From a virus: DNA of 64,000 nt. Under the pieces are notes generated by a model that worked only from the letters and a program-made list of their open reading frames with translations, had not been told where the DNA came from and did no database searches. The stretch lies in the IMG/VR virus record IMGVR_UViG_3300032360_000003, positions 2,975 through 66,974 of that record; one strand, given 5' to 3'. Below, in pieces: positions 9,294-18,459 of the stretch. Within the stretch, counting starts at the first letter, position 1. Every line of letters begins with the position of its first letter. The translations under genes were made by a program, and so were the position numbers.

Positions 9294-10761
9294 TATTCTT
9301 AATGTCACAAAAATTGATGATGTGTTTGTAAAAGTGGATTGTGAAGCAAGTACAGCACAAGAATTATGTGATCATTTTACATTTGAAGTACCTGGCTATA
9401 AGTTCATGCCTTCCTATAGAAATAAAGTTTGGGATGGCAAGATACGTTTGTATTCAGTTTGGGATAAAAAGATTTATTCTGGACTCCTACCGCAAGTTAC
9501 CAAATGGGCATATGACAATAGTTATGCAGTTGAAGGTTTATTAGAATTCAAGCCCGATTCTATAAAGCCAGAAGAATTGAAAGAATTTGTTGATGAACTG
9601 AATTTACATTCCAAAAATAAAAAACTTACCGTTAGACCATATCAATACGAAGCAATATTCCATTCACTCAAAAGTCGCCGATGCGTATTGGTTTCCCCCA
9701 CTGCTTCTGGAAAATCACTTGTTATATATTCCATTATAAGATATTTGGAAGATTTCAAAGTTTTATTAGTTGTGCCTACTATTTCATTGGTGGAGCAGAT
9801 GTATAAAGATTTTATAGATTATTCATCTGTAAATGAATGGGATGTCGAAACTAATTGTCATCGCATATATGCAGGATCTGATAAGAATACAGATAAAAGA
9901 GTTACAATATCTACATGGCAATCTCTATTCCGTTTACCTAAGCAATATTTTAGCAATTTTGATTTAGTAATAGGCGATGAAGCACATTTGCATAAAGCAA
10001 ATTCACTTAAAGGTATATTAGAAAAATTGGTGAATTGTTCATATAGAATAGGTACAACTGGTACTTTAGATGGTACGAAAACTCATAAATTGGTTTTGGA
10101 AGGATTATTTGGCCCAGTTCATCAAGTAACAACCACTAAAGAATTGATGGATACTGAATATTTAGCAGATTTAAAAATTCAACCAGTTGTTATTAAGTAT
10201 TCAAAAGTTGAATGTAAGATTGTAAAGGAATTAGATTATGTAAAGGAATTGCAATTCTTGGTTACTCATAGAGAAAGAAATGAGTTCATTGTCAATATGA
10301 CATATGAATTACAAGGTAATACTTTAATATTGTATCAATTGGTTGAAAAGCATGGAAAAATGTTATATGACTTGGTAGGCCAAAAGGAAGGAAAGAATGC
10401 GTTTTTTATACATGGTGGAATATCAGCTGAGGATCGTGAATCTGTACGGGATATTTGTGAAAGAACTAATAATAATATTATCGTTGCATCTTATGGCACA
10501 TTTTCAACTGGTATAAATATAAAGAATCTCAATAATGTTGTATTTGCATCACCTAGTAAAAGTAGAATTAGAAATCTACAAAGTATTGGTAGGGGATTGC
10601 GGAGAACTGATAGCAAAACAAAAGTGGTTCTAATTGATGTTATTGATGATTTAACATTAGGTAAATACTTGAATTATACCTTTCGTCATTATCTAGAAAG
10701 GGTCAAAATATACCATAGTGAGAAGTTTAATATACTTAAATCTTATACCCATTCCATATAG
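9253..10761 (+). CDS. uvsW: SF2 DNA helicase (start uncertain)
   Basis: WDGKIRLY, PTASGKS, DEAH, LQSIGRGLR. Confidence 0.96.
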   Translation: MLLIGESSLKEPIDILNVTKIDDVFVKVDCEASTAQELCDHFTFEVPGYKFMPSYRNKVWDGKIRLYSVWDKKIYSGLLPQVTKWAYDNSYAVEGLLEFKPDSIKPEELKEFVDELNLHSKNKKLTVRPYQYEAIFHSLKSRRCVLVSPTASGKSLVIYSIIRYLEDFKVLLVVPTISLVEQMYKDFIDYSSVNEWDVETNCHRIYAGSDKNTDKRVTISTWQSLFRLPKQYFSNFDLVIGDEAHLHKANSLKGILEKLVNCSYRIGTTGTLDGTKTHKLVLEGLFGPVHQVTTTKELMDTEYLADLKIQPVVIKYSKVECKIVKELDYVKELQFLVTHRERNEFIVNMTYELQGNTLILYQLVEKHGKMLYDLVGQKEGKNAFFIHGGISAEDRESVRDICERTNNNIIVASYGTFSTGINIKNLNNVVFASPSKSRIRNLQSIGRGLRRTDSKTKVVLIDVIDDLTLGKYLNYTFRHYLERVKIYHSEKFNILKSYTHSI

Positions 10762-10791
10762 TTACTCTCCCTCTCCCCTGCTAACACAGTA

Positions 10792-10820
10792 AGTATACCA
10801 TATTTTTTGCTGTTTGTCAA
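10792..10820 (-). promoter_or_regulatory. Leftward sigma70-like promoter, antisense to uvsW
   Basis: Minus strand reads GCC-TTGACA-17 nt-TATACT with TG extension, like the forward copies. Confidence 0.7.
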
Positions 10821-10845
10821 GGCTAATTTTTAGCTAATTTTAGCC

Positions 10846-10874
10846 TTGACAAATGAAGTTTTTTATGGTATAAT
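10846..10874 (+). promoter_or_regulatory. Sigma70-like early/middle promoter
   Basis: TTGACA-17-TATAAT with TG extension; near-identical to the copy at 19621. Confidence 0.85.
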
Positions 10875-10936
10875 ATAGGTATTAATTTAAAAGTGAGAAT
10901 AATTTATATAATGACATTATGTTTGAGGTATTCCAT

Positions 10937-11476
10937 ATGTCTAAAAAAAGTCATTATATTGACAATAAAGAATTTTATAAAGCGTTTGTTGAATATAAGA
11001 AGAATGTGAGAGAGGCTGAAGCTTCTGGAGAATCCATGCCACCAGTAACAGAATATATTGGTAAGTGTTTTTTGGATATAGCTAAGGGCCTTTCTTTTCG
11101 GCCGAATTTCATCAATTACACATATAAGGATGATATGATTTCAGATGGTATAGAAAACTGTTTACAATACTGTCATAATTTTAACGAAGAAAAGTCCAAG
11201 AATCCTTTCGCATATTTCACACAAATAATATACTATGCATTTATACGAAGAATAGAAAAAGAAAAGAAGCAATCTTATATTAAGCAAAAGATGACTGAAA
11301 AGGCGGGGATTATGCAACAATTGTCTGAACTGGGTGAGCAGGATCTTGAAGACTATAAAAGTGTTTTGGATTTTAATTTTGATCAAACTATGATTGATGA
11401 ATTTGAGAAAAGGTTAGCAGAAAAGAAGAAATGTAGAAAAAAGAAGAAGAATAATTTGGAAAATTTTCTTACATGA
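10937..11476 (+). CDS. gp55: Late transcription sigma factor
   Basis: HYIDNKEF, PNFINYTY, DMISDGIENC, NPFAYFTQI. Confidence 0.96.
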   Translation: MSKKSHYIDNKEFYKAFVEYKKNVREAEASGESMPPVTEYIGKCFLDIAKGLSFRPNFINYTYKDDMISDGIENCLQYCHNFNEEKSKNPFAYFTQIIYYAFIRRIEKEKKQSYIKQKMTEKAGIMQQLSELGEQDLEDYKSVLDFNFDQTMIDEFEKRLAEKKKCRKKKKNNLENFLT

Positions 11477-12516
11477 AAATATGTTTAATAACCGATACTC
11501 ATTTCGGAATAAAAAATGATAATTTAGTGTTTCAGAAATATTTTCAAAAATTTTATGATAAGGTATTTTTCCCATACATTGAAGATAATAATATAAAAAC
11601 TATAATTCATTTAGGAGATTTAGTAGATAGGAGGAAATTTGTAAATTATGTTACGCTTAATAATCTTAGGTCTAATTTTATTTTTCGACTCCAAGATTAT
11701 GGAATTGATACTCATGTTATTGTGGGCAATCACGATACATACTACAGAAACACAAACAGAATAAATGCGATTACCGAATTGCTTAGTGATTTGTCTTTTG
11801 TTAGCATTTATAACGAGCCAAGGGATGTAAATATCGGCGGTCTTGATATCTGCATGATGCCGTGGATCTGTTCTGAAAATTTTGATCAGGGCATGAAAGT
11901 ACTTAGGAATACTTCATCGCAGGTTCTTATGGGTCATTTGGAATTACAAGGGTTTTTAATGCAAAAGGGGGTGTATTCAGAAAGTGGACTCACCAAAGAA
12001 GATTTTAAAAATTTTGATGTGGTCTATAGTGGCCATTTTCATTACAAATCTAGTTTGGACAGCATTTGTTACTTGGGCTCTCCATACGAATTAAGTTGGT
12101 CAGATTTTGAAGTGGATAAGGGTTTTCATGTATTTGATACTGAAACTAGGGAATTGGAGTTTATAAAAAATCCATATCGCTTGTATCATAAAATTTATTA
12201 TGATGAAACTATTGATTACACTAACCATGATTTGAGCTACTATACAGATGCATATATAAAGTTGATAGTTAAGAATAAGACTGATGCATATGCATTTGAT
12301 AAATTTATAAACACTTTATATGCTGTTTCGCCTCAGGATATAAGTATCATAGAAGAATCTGAACTGTTTTTTGAAGGTGATGAGTCTGTGTATGAAGCAG
12401 AAGATACCTTGACTATTCTATCAAAATATGTGGATGGATTGAGTATAGATTTGGATAAAGCAGTACTTGATGGTTTATTGAGAAATATTTATTCTGAGGC
12501 GGTTGATATAGTATGA
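11473..12516 (+). CDS. gp47: Recombination nuclease (Mre11/SbcD-like)
   Basis: DTHFG, HLGD, GNHD, SGHFH metallophosphoesterase motifs. Confidence 0.96.
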   Translation: MKICLITDTHFGIKNDNLVFQKYFQKFYDKVFFPYIEDNNIKTIIHLGDLVDRRKFVNYVTLNNLRSNFIFRLQDYGIDTHVIVGNHDTYYRNTNRINAITELLSDLSFVSIYNEPRDVNIGGLDICMMPWICSENFDQGMKVLRNTSSQVLMGHLELQGFLMQKGVYSESGLTKEDFKNFDVVYSGHFHYKSSLDSICYLGSPYELSWSDFEVDKGFHVFDTETRELEFIKNPYRLYHKIYYDETIDYTNHDLSYYTDAYIKLIVKNKTDAYAFDKFINTLYAVSPQDISIIEESELFFEGDESVYEAEDTLTILSKYVDGLSIDLDKAVLDGLLRNIYSEAVDIV

Positions 12517-14225
12517 TACAATTTAAGAAATTGAGATGGAAGAATTTCCTGAGTACTGGTGATTCTTTTACTGAGATAGAATTGAATAAGCATCCAACTT
12601 CATTAGTAATTGGTGAAAATGGTTCTGGTAAATCTACCATGTTGGATGCTTTAACTTTTTCTTTATTCTCAAAGCCATTCCGTAAAGTTAATAAGACTCA
12701 GATGATCAATACAGTCAATGGTAAAGGGTGCTTGACAGAAGTAGAATTTGACATAGGTAATAAATCCTATATGATTAGGAGAGGTCAGAAGCCAAGTATT
12801 TTTGAAATATATGTTGATGATCAATTAATCAATCAAGATGCAAAGGTGAAGGATTATCAAGAGCGTCTTGAGAAGCAAATATTGAAACTCAACTACAAAA
12901 GTTTCACGCAAATTATTGTATTGGGTTCGAGTTCATTCCAGCCATTCATGCAACTTCCTGCATTTCACCGTAGAGAAGTTATTGAGGATTTATTGGATAT
13001 TCAAATATTTTCATTAATGAATCAAATAATAAAGGAGCGTATAACTGATAATAAAGATGAATTATTTGTTAATGATCAAACTCTTGAATTGAATTCTGAT
13101 AAAATAGAAATACAAAGGAAGTACATACAAGAGGTAAAGGAGATCAATAATGATAAAATTACGAAAACTAAAGAATTTATTCGCATCTCGCAGAAAGAAG
13201 CATCAGTTCATAAAGGAAATATTGATGAAAATAAGACCAAGGCAGAAGAATTGTTGGCAGAGGTGGAAGGATATGATGTATTATTGGGAGAAATAAAGGA
13301 ATATGAAAAGTTAGAAAATAAAATAAAAAATGCATTAGAAAAGGTTCAAGGTGACATTGATTTTTTTGATAATCATGATGACTGTCCTTTATGTAAGCAG
13401 GGTATTGAGAATGACCATAAATTATCTATTATGCTAGAAAAAGATAAGATGATAGATGAAAAGGGGAAAGGTTTGAACGATTTGGATAATAAATTAGTTA
13501 GAATGAATGTCAAACGTAATTCAATGGAAAGTATACGCATTCAAATAAACAAGTTGGATAGTGAGTCAGAGAGGATAGGCTATCAGGTAGATGGTATTGT
13601 TGACTATGTTTTGAAGCTGGAAAAAGAAATTGATTATTTGAATGAGGTCAAGAAGCGGTCATATGGTGATGATGAGAAATTAGCAGTTTTGAAAGTGGAT
13701 CGCGATAAGCTGGAATCTAAGAGGAAGCGACTTATTACAGATCGTGAATATTTCCATCTCGCGAGTGATCTATTGAAGGATACTGGAATCAAGACAAAAA
13801 TCATTAAGCAATATCTACCTATTATGAATAAGCTGATCAATAAGCATTTAACTGCAATGGACTCGTATTTCAACTTCACATTGGATGAGAATTTCAATGA
13901 GCAGATCAAGAGTCGGTTTCGGGATGAGTTCAGCTATGATTCATTCAGTGAAGGTGAGAAAATGAGGATTGACTTGTCTTTGTTGTTCACTTGGAGAGCA
14001 ATTGCAAAAATGAAGAACAGTGCAAATACCAATCTATTGGTATTGGATGAAGTATTTGATAGTTCACTGGATACTGGGGGTACTGATGAATTTATGAAGC
14101 TGTTGCATAGCATGGGTCAGGGAATTAATATTTTTGTTATTTCGCATAAAGGGGATGCATTATTTGATAAATTTGAGAATGTAGTGAAATTTGAGAAAAT
14201 TGGTAATTTTAGTAAAATTGTATGA
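12513..14225 (+). CDS. gp46: Recombination ATPase (Rad50/SbcC-like)
   Basis: GENGSGKS, CPLC zinc hook, FSEGEK, LDEVFD. Confidence 0.97.
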   Translation: MIQFKKLRWKNFLSTGDSFTEIELNKHPTSLVIGENGSGKSTMLDALTFSLFSKPFRKVNKTQMINTVNGKGCLTEVEFDIGNKSYMIRRGQKPSIFEIYVDDQLINQDAKVKDYQERLEKQILKLNYKSFTQIIVLGSSSFQPFMQLPAFHRREVIEDLLDIQIFSLMNQIIKERITDNKDELFVNDQTLELNSDKIEIQRKYIQEVKEINNDKITKTKEFIRISQKEASVHKGNIDENKTKAEELLAEVEGYDVLLGEIKEYEKLENKIKNALEKVQGDIDFFDNHDDCPLCKQGIENDHKLSIMLEKDKMIDEKGKGLNDLDNKLVRMNVKRNSMESIRIQINKLDSESERIGYQVDGIVDYVLKLEKEIDYLNEVKKRSYGDDEKLAVLKVDRDKLESKRKRLITDREYFHLASDLLKDTGIKTKIIKQYLPIMNKLINKHLTAMDSYFNFTLDENFNEQIKSRFRDEFSYDSFSEGEKMRIDLSLLFTWRAIAKMKNSANTNLLVLDEVFDSSLDTGGTDEFMKLLHSMGQGINIFVISHKGDALFDKFENVVKFEKIGNFSKIV

Positions 14226-14233
14226 AAATAGCC

Positions 14234-14262
14234 TTGACATATGACTAAAAATATGGTATAAT
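14234..14262 (+). promoter_or_regulatory. Sigma70-like promoter
   Basis: TTGACA-17-TATAAT. Confidence 0.85.
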
Positions 14263-14325
14263 AGTAATATTGAAAGGTTGAGAAATGGTCTTGACCAATT
14301 GAAACATTTATATTATGGAGTTATT

Positions 14326-15192
14326 ATGGTTACGCAAAAAGAATTTTTGAACAAGTTTGAGAATTTGACTAGTAATTCACATACACAAATAAAATTTTCC
14401 CGCGAATCCAACCTTGATCTGTTCCTAGAGGGGAAAGGTGGTATTGGTGAATATTTGGGTTATTTGGTTAGTGGCAAAAAAGGTACTGGTTCTGCTGGTA
14501 GTGGTTTTGACTTATCTGATGGTGTGAGTGCCGATGAAGTAAAATTGGCGTGTTTGGTGCAATCGTCAAAGTGTAAAGATTGTGGTACTAAAGTTTTATT
14601 TTGGTATGATGAGTGTAACCATTGTGGATCAACTGATTTGAAACGATTGAGGGATTCTCGGTGGGGCATTGATGCAGCTGCTGGTGTTAAGTACAAGGAT
14701 GAATTGGATAATTATATCCTACAGGTTATTAAACCTAAAGAGTATGATGCCACATGCAGAACTTTCATCTATGAGTATTATGTTGTTGATAGCAAAGATC
14801 CTTATTTTGTTGAGTACCTAGTCAATCAGTACAATGACGGAAAAAAGAGCAACTGTAATTATTTACCTTATTCATATGATTTTTATTTGAGCAGTCCTGT
14901 TAAGTTGATCGAGGTTGAATTTACGGTTGATGAAAATGGAAATCAGTATCAGGTTAATTATTGGAACTTAGAAAACAGTGAAGTGTGTGATGTTCCATTG
15001 AGTGTCTTGCGTAAAAGTGAATTGATTACACTGTTAGGTGCTGAAGGAATTGATTACAAAAATAATTGGAATCTAACGAAAATTAAAACTGTTGTTGAAA
15101 CTGAGTTTAGTGGAAACCCCAAAGATCATTTGATTTCACGCAATAAGTCTCATGGTAAAGATAGAGGTATCACAAATCGAAAACTTATATGA
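14326..15192 (+). CDS. Putative type II restriction endonuclease, MamI-like
   Basis: G-x-x-GE...GFDL...DEVK (PD-(D/E)xK core), CxxC...CxxC zinc ribbon, DSRW; layout recalled from the MamI family; adjacent to an MTase. Confidence 0.65.
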   Translation: MVTQKEFLNKFENLTSNSHTQIKFSRESNLDLFLEGKGGIGEYLGYLVSGKKGTGSAGSGFDLSDGVSADEVKLACLVQSSKCKDCGTKVLFWYDECNHCGSTDLKRLRDSRWGIDAAAGVKYKDELDNYILQVIKPKEYDATCRTFIYEYYVVDSKDPYFVEYLVNQYNDGKKSNCNYLPYSYDFYLSSPVKLIEVEFTVDENGNQYQVNYWNLENSEVCDVPLSVLRKSELITLLGAEGIDYKNNWNLTKIKTVVETEFSGNPKDHLISRNKSHGKDRGITNRKLI

Positions 15193-16090
15193 AAACAAAA
15201 TAGTTAATACTGATTGTATTACTTTTCTGCAATCGTTACCTAGTGAATCAATTGATTGTATTATTACTGATCCACCATATATGGGTGTTGTTGGTGAAAA
15301 ATGGGATAATCAGTGGAAAACAGTTGACGATTACATTTTTTGGTGTGGAGAATGGATCGTAGAATCTAAACGAGTTCTGAAAAAAAGTGGTTCTTTATAT
15401 GTGTTTGGTTGGTCTTATCAGTTGGGAAAATTGATTGGAACTTTTGAGAATAATGGTTTTTCGTTTAGACAAGATATTGTTATCTGGAAGGGGTTAAAGA
15501 GTATTTCGGGTAGAGCATCAGATAAATTGAAGATGTTTCCTACGGCAACTGAACACTTACATTTTTATCATGTAGATAGTAAAGACTATATTAGAGATCT
15601 TTTACAGGAACGAAAAAAAGCTTTGGGTTTACATGCAAAAGAGATCAATGAATATCTTGATAAGGCATCTAATGGTGGTGGTACATGGAGTACTATTGCT
15701 GGGCTGAAACAGAAAAACAGAACAGAACCAACAAAAAGAGATTGGGAGATGTTGGATAAATTGTTTGGAAGTTTGCCGAAATACGAAGATGTGGTTTATA
15801 CATTTAACTCATCGATGGGTTTGACTGATGTTTTTGATGATATAGATTTTTATGGTGCTAAAAAAATTCATCCAACTGAAAAACCTTTGAAGTTGATGGA
15901 ACGTATTGTAAAATGTGGAAGTAATGTTGGTGATTTGGTATTGGATATTTTCAGTGGAAGTGGTAGTACTGCAATTGCATCAATAAATTGTGATCGTAGG
16001 TATTTGGGTTGTGAATTGGATTCGGAGTACTACGAAAAATCAATCAACAGAATAAAATTACATAATAGATTGGAAGATTTTTTTGAATGA
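15152..16090 (+). CDS. Beta-class N4C/N6A DNA methyltransferase
   Basis: N-terminal DPPY, HPTEKP, C-terminal DIFSGSGST. Confidence 0.93.
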   Translation: MVKIEVSQIENLYENKIVNTDCITFLQSLPSESIDCIITDPPYMGVVGEKWDNQWKTVDDYIFWCGEWIVESKRVLKKSGSLYVFGWSYQLGKLIGTFENNGFSFRQDIVIWKGLKSISGRASDKLKMFPTATEHLHFYHVDSKDYIRDLLQERKKALGLHAKEINEYLDKASNGGGTWSTIAGLKQKNRTEPTKRDWEMLDKLFGSLPKYEDVVYTFNSSMGLTDVFDDIDFYGAKKIHPTEKPLKLMERIVKCGSNVGDLVLDIFSGSGSTAIASINCDRRYLGCELDSEYYEKSINRIKLHNRLEDFFE

Positions 16091-16109
16091 ATTTGAAATT
16101 AAAAAGGCC

Positions 16110-16138
16110 TTGACAAATGACTAAAAATATGGTATAAT
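16110..16138 (+). promoter_or_regulatory. Sigma70-like promoter
   Basis: TTGACA-17-TATAAT; near-identical to the copy at 14234. Confidence 0.85.
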
Positions 16139-16145
16139 GGTGACT

Positions 16146-17501
16146 ATGTATAAAGATTACAGTTTAGATGATGTTAGAAAATCTGCAGAGCAGAAACTTT
16201 TCACAGTGGTATCAACCTTTTCTGGAGGCGGTGGAAGTTCCACAGGCTACAAGATGGCCGGCGGTGATGTGAAGTGTGTAGTCGAATTTCAAAAAATAGG
16301 AATACAAACGTATCTTGCAAATTATCCAAATACAAAGTTTTTCTGTAAGGATATCAGAAAGGTTACTGGTGAGCAGATATTGAAGCGTATTAAAATGAAA
16401 CCAGGCGAATTGGATATTTTTGATGGTTCGCCTCCCTGCCCTCCATTTTCTATGTCTGGTTCCAAACGTGCAGGATGGAATAAGACCAAAAAAGTATATG
16501 GATTCCAGCAGAGCAATATTGAAGATTTATCTTTTGATGTTGCCCGTCTGGTTGGTGAAGTCAAGCCCAAAGTTTTTATTTGTGAAAATGTAAAGGGTAT
16601 GACTATGAAGTATGCACATGACCATTTCCAGACCATAATGGATGCATTTTCTGAGCATAATTATGAAGTGGGTTGGCGTGTTCTAAATTCAAAAAACTAT
16701 GGAGTTCCGCAAGGTCGCGAGCGTGTTTTTGTGATTGGTATTAGGGATGATGTATATAAAGCTATAACTGGTAATAACTTAACTCCTAGATATGGTAGAA
16801 TCGATTTATATGATGAAGAAAAGTTGAGTATTGATAATACTACTTTGGAAGGTATATGGCCGGAGGAAAATGAGGTTGTTCCTACTTTGAGAGATTCTAT
16901 TGAGGTTTTGAAAGAAGATGAAGAAAATATAAAAGAGCATGAAGAAATAATGCCACAAGTCAAAGCTAAAAAGGTATGGAAGTATTTTAGTAAAATGCCA
17001 TTAGATATAGATTTAAAAACTGGTTTTGCTGAATTGGCTAGAACTTATTATGATGAAAGGGAAAAAGAATGGGAAGAATTGAGTAAGACAGATCCATATA
17101 TTATACCAAAATTCTGTTGGAAGCATAAAGAAACTGGTGATTATGTTTATGAAGATCCAAAAGATAGTGAGAATTGGAAAAATCTTTCTTATGTGAAATA
17201 TTCAGGCTTTCAAGTTCGTAGAGTATCTTGGGATAAACCATCTCATACATTAACTGAGCGTGGGTTACAGGTAGGTACTATGGCTCATTTACATCCAGAT
17301 GAGCATAGAGGATTTACTGCAATTGAAGCCAAAAAAATTATGTCACTACCATCTGATTATATTTTAACTGGTGATCTAAATGAGCGTCTAGCTAGGGTTG
17401 GTTTGATGGTTGCACCTAAGCAGATGGAACATTTATCAAAAAGTATTTATGAAAAAGTATTACTACCATATAAGGAGGCGATTAATGCCAAAAGTATTTG
17501 A
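16146..17501 (+). CDS. DNA cytosine-5 methyltransferase
   Basis: FSGGGG, GSPPC, ENV, QxRxRVF motifs. Confidence 0.95.
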   Translation: MYKDYSLDDVRKSAEQKLFTVVSTFSGGGGSSTGYKMAGGDVKCVVEFQKIGIQTYLANYPNTKFFCKDIRKVTGEQILKRIKMKPGELDIFDGSPPCPPFSMSGSKRAGWNKTKKVYGFQQSNIEDLSFDVARLVGEVKPKVFICENVKGMTMKYAHDHFQTIMDAFSEHNYEVGWRVLNSKNYGVPQGRERVFVIGIRDDVYKAITGNNLTPRYGRIDLYDEEKLSIDNTTLEGIWPEENEVVPTLRDSIEVLKEDEENIKEHEEIMPQVKAKKVWKYFSKMPLDIDLKTGFAELARTYYDEREKEWEELSKTDPYIIPKFCWKHKETGDYVYEDPKDSENWKNLSYVKYSGFQVRRVSWDKPSHTLTERGLQVGTMAHLHPDEHRGFTAIEAKKIMSLPSDYILTGDLNERLARVGLMVAPKQMEHLSKSIYEKVLLPYKEAINAKSI

Positions 17502-18459
17502 ATTTCCTGAGTTGATGTCGTTTGAAGAATCTAAAAAGTTACTTGGAGAATGGCCATTGCCAATGCATATTGAACATTGGTTAAATCCAGAAGAAGATAC
17601 AATTGTATATAAGAAAACTGGTTCTTTGGGAGATCCACCTATTATGGGTGCAATCAAGAAAGGAGTATTTACAGGTCAGGATTATGATGAAATTAAAGGG
17701 TGTTTACTTTCCATAGATGAAACTACAACTATGAGGGCCAATTGTGCAGGGCCTATCAATGTAGAAGAATTAGAAAAGCAAGGTTTGAATATTAGTTTGA
17801 GAACCAAAAATTCATACAAGATTATCGATGCTAAGGGTAATGAAAGTATGATTGCACAGGGAAATCCTATACATTCTGTGATGATGGGTTGTAAGCGTGG
17901 TAGGTTTACTGGAAAAATAGATAAAAGTGGCTGGTCGAAGACTAATCCAGAGAAGAACGAAATCCTTAGTAGAATTCCTGCAATCAATAATATTGGGTAT
18001 AAGGAATTAGCACCAGCATATTTTGAAGGACAAAGGAATTTTGCTGAAACTTACGTTGAAGAAAAGTACAGGATTGCAGGTGGAATCTACACTACCTTGT
18101 CTGCAAATAAGTATACTGTTGGTGGATCAAATCGAATGTCATACCACATAGATTCTGGTGATTTGCCAGAAGGATTGACAACCATAGCAAATTTCCATGA
18201 GGGAGATGTTGGAGGGTGTTATTTTGTATTACCTCGTTATGGCGTTGCAATTGCAAGAGGTGATGGTGATGTATTTCTTGGTGATAGTGGTGAGGTACAT
18301 GGCATAATTGATATTGAGGGAGATGGTACTTCAATGAATTGCGTCTGCTACTGTGATACTAGATTGGCAACATTGGGAGAGCGTGGTAAGCCAGAAAAGT
18401 TGATTGGTAAGAATGCACCCAAAGAAGAAAGTAATAATTTAGAAGGATTTTTTGGATGA
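17485..18459 (+). CDS. TET/JBP-family 2OG-Fe(II) dioxygenase (5-methylpyrimidine oxygenase)
   Basis: RANCAG, YHIDSGD (HxD), LPRYGVA, EVHG; between a C5-MTase and a glycosyltransferase. Confidence 0.8.
   Translation: MPKVFEFPELMSFEESKKLLGEWPLPMHIEHWLNPEEDTIVYKKTGSLGDPPIMGAIKKGVFTGQDYDEIKGCLLSIDETTTMRANCAGPINVEELEKQGLNISLRTKNSYKIIDAKGNESMIAQGNPIHSVMMGCKRGRFTGKIDKSGWSKTNPEKNEILSRIPAINNIGYKELAPAYFEGQRNFAETYVEEKYRIAGGIYTTLSANKYTVGGSNRMSYHIDSGDLPEGLTTIANFHEGDVGGCYFVLPRYGVAIARGDGDVFLGDSGEVHGIIDIEGDGTSMNCVCYCDTRLATLGERGKPEKLIGKNAPKEESNNLEGFFG

Noticed and set aside
9253-9324. Non-canonical ATT start for uvsW
   Set aside because: Possible given AAGGAG at 9280, but in-frame ATG 9253 and GTG 9322 exist; it cannot be resolved from sequence.
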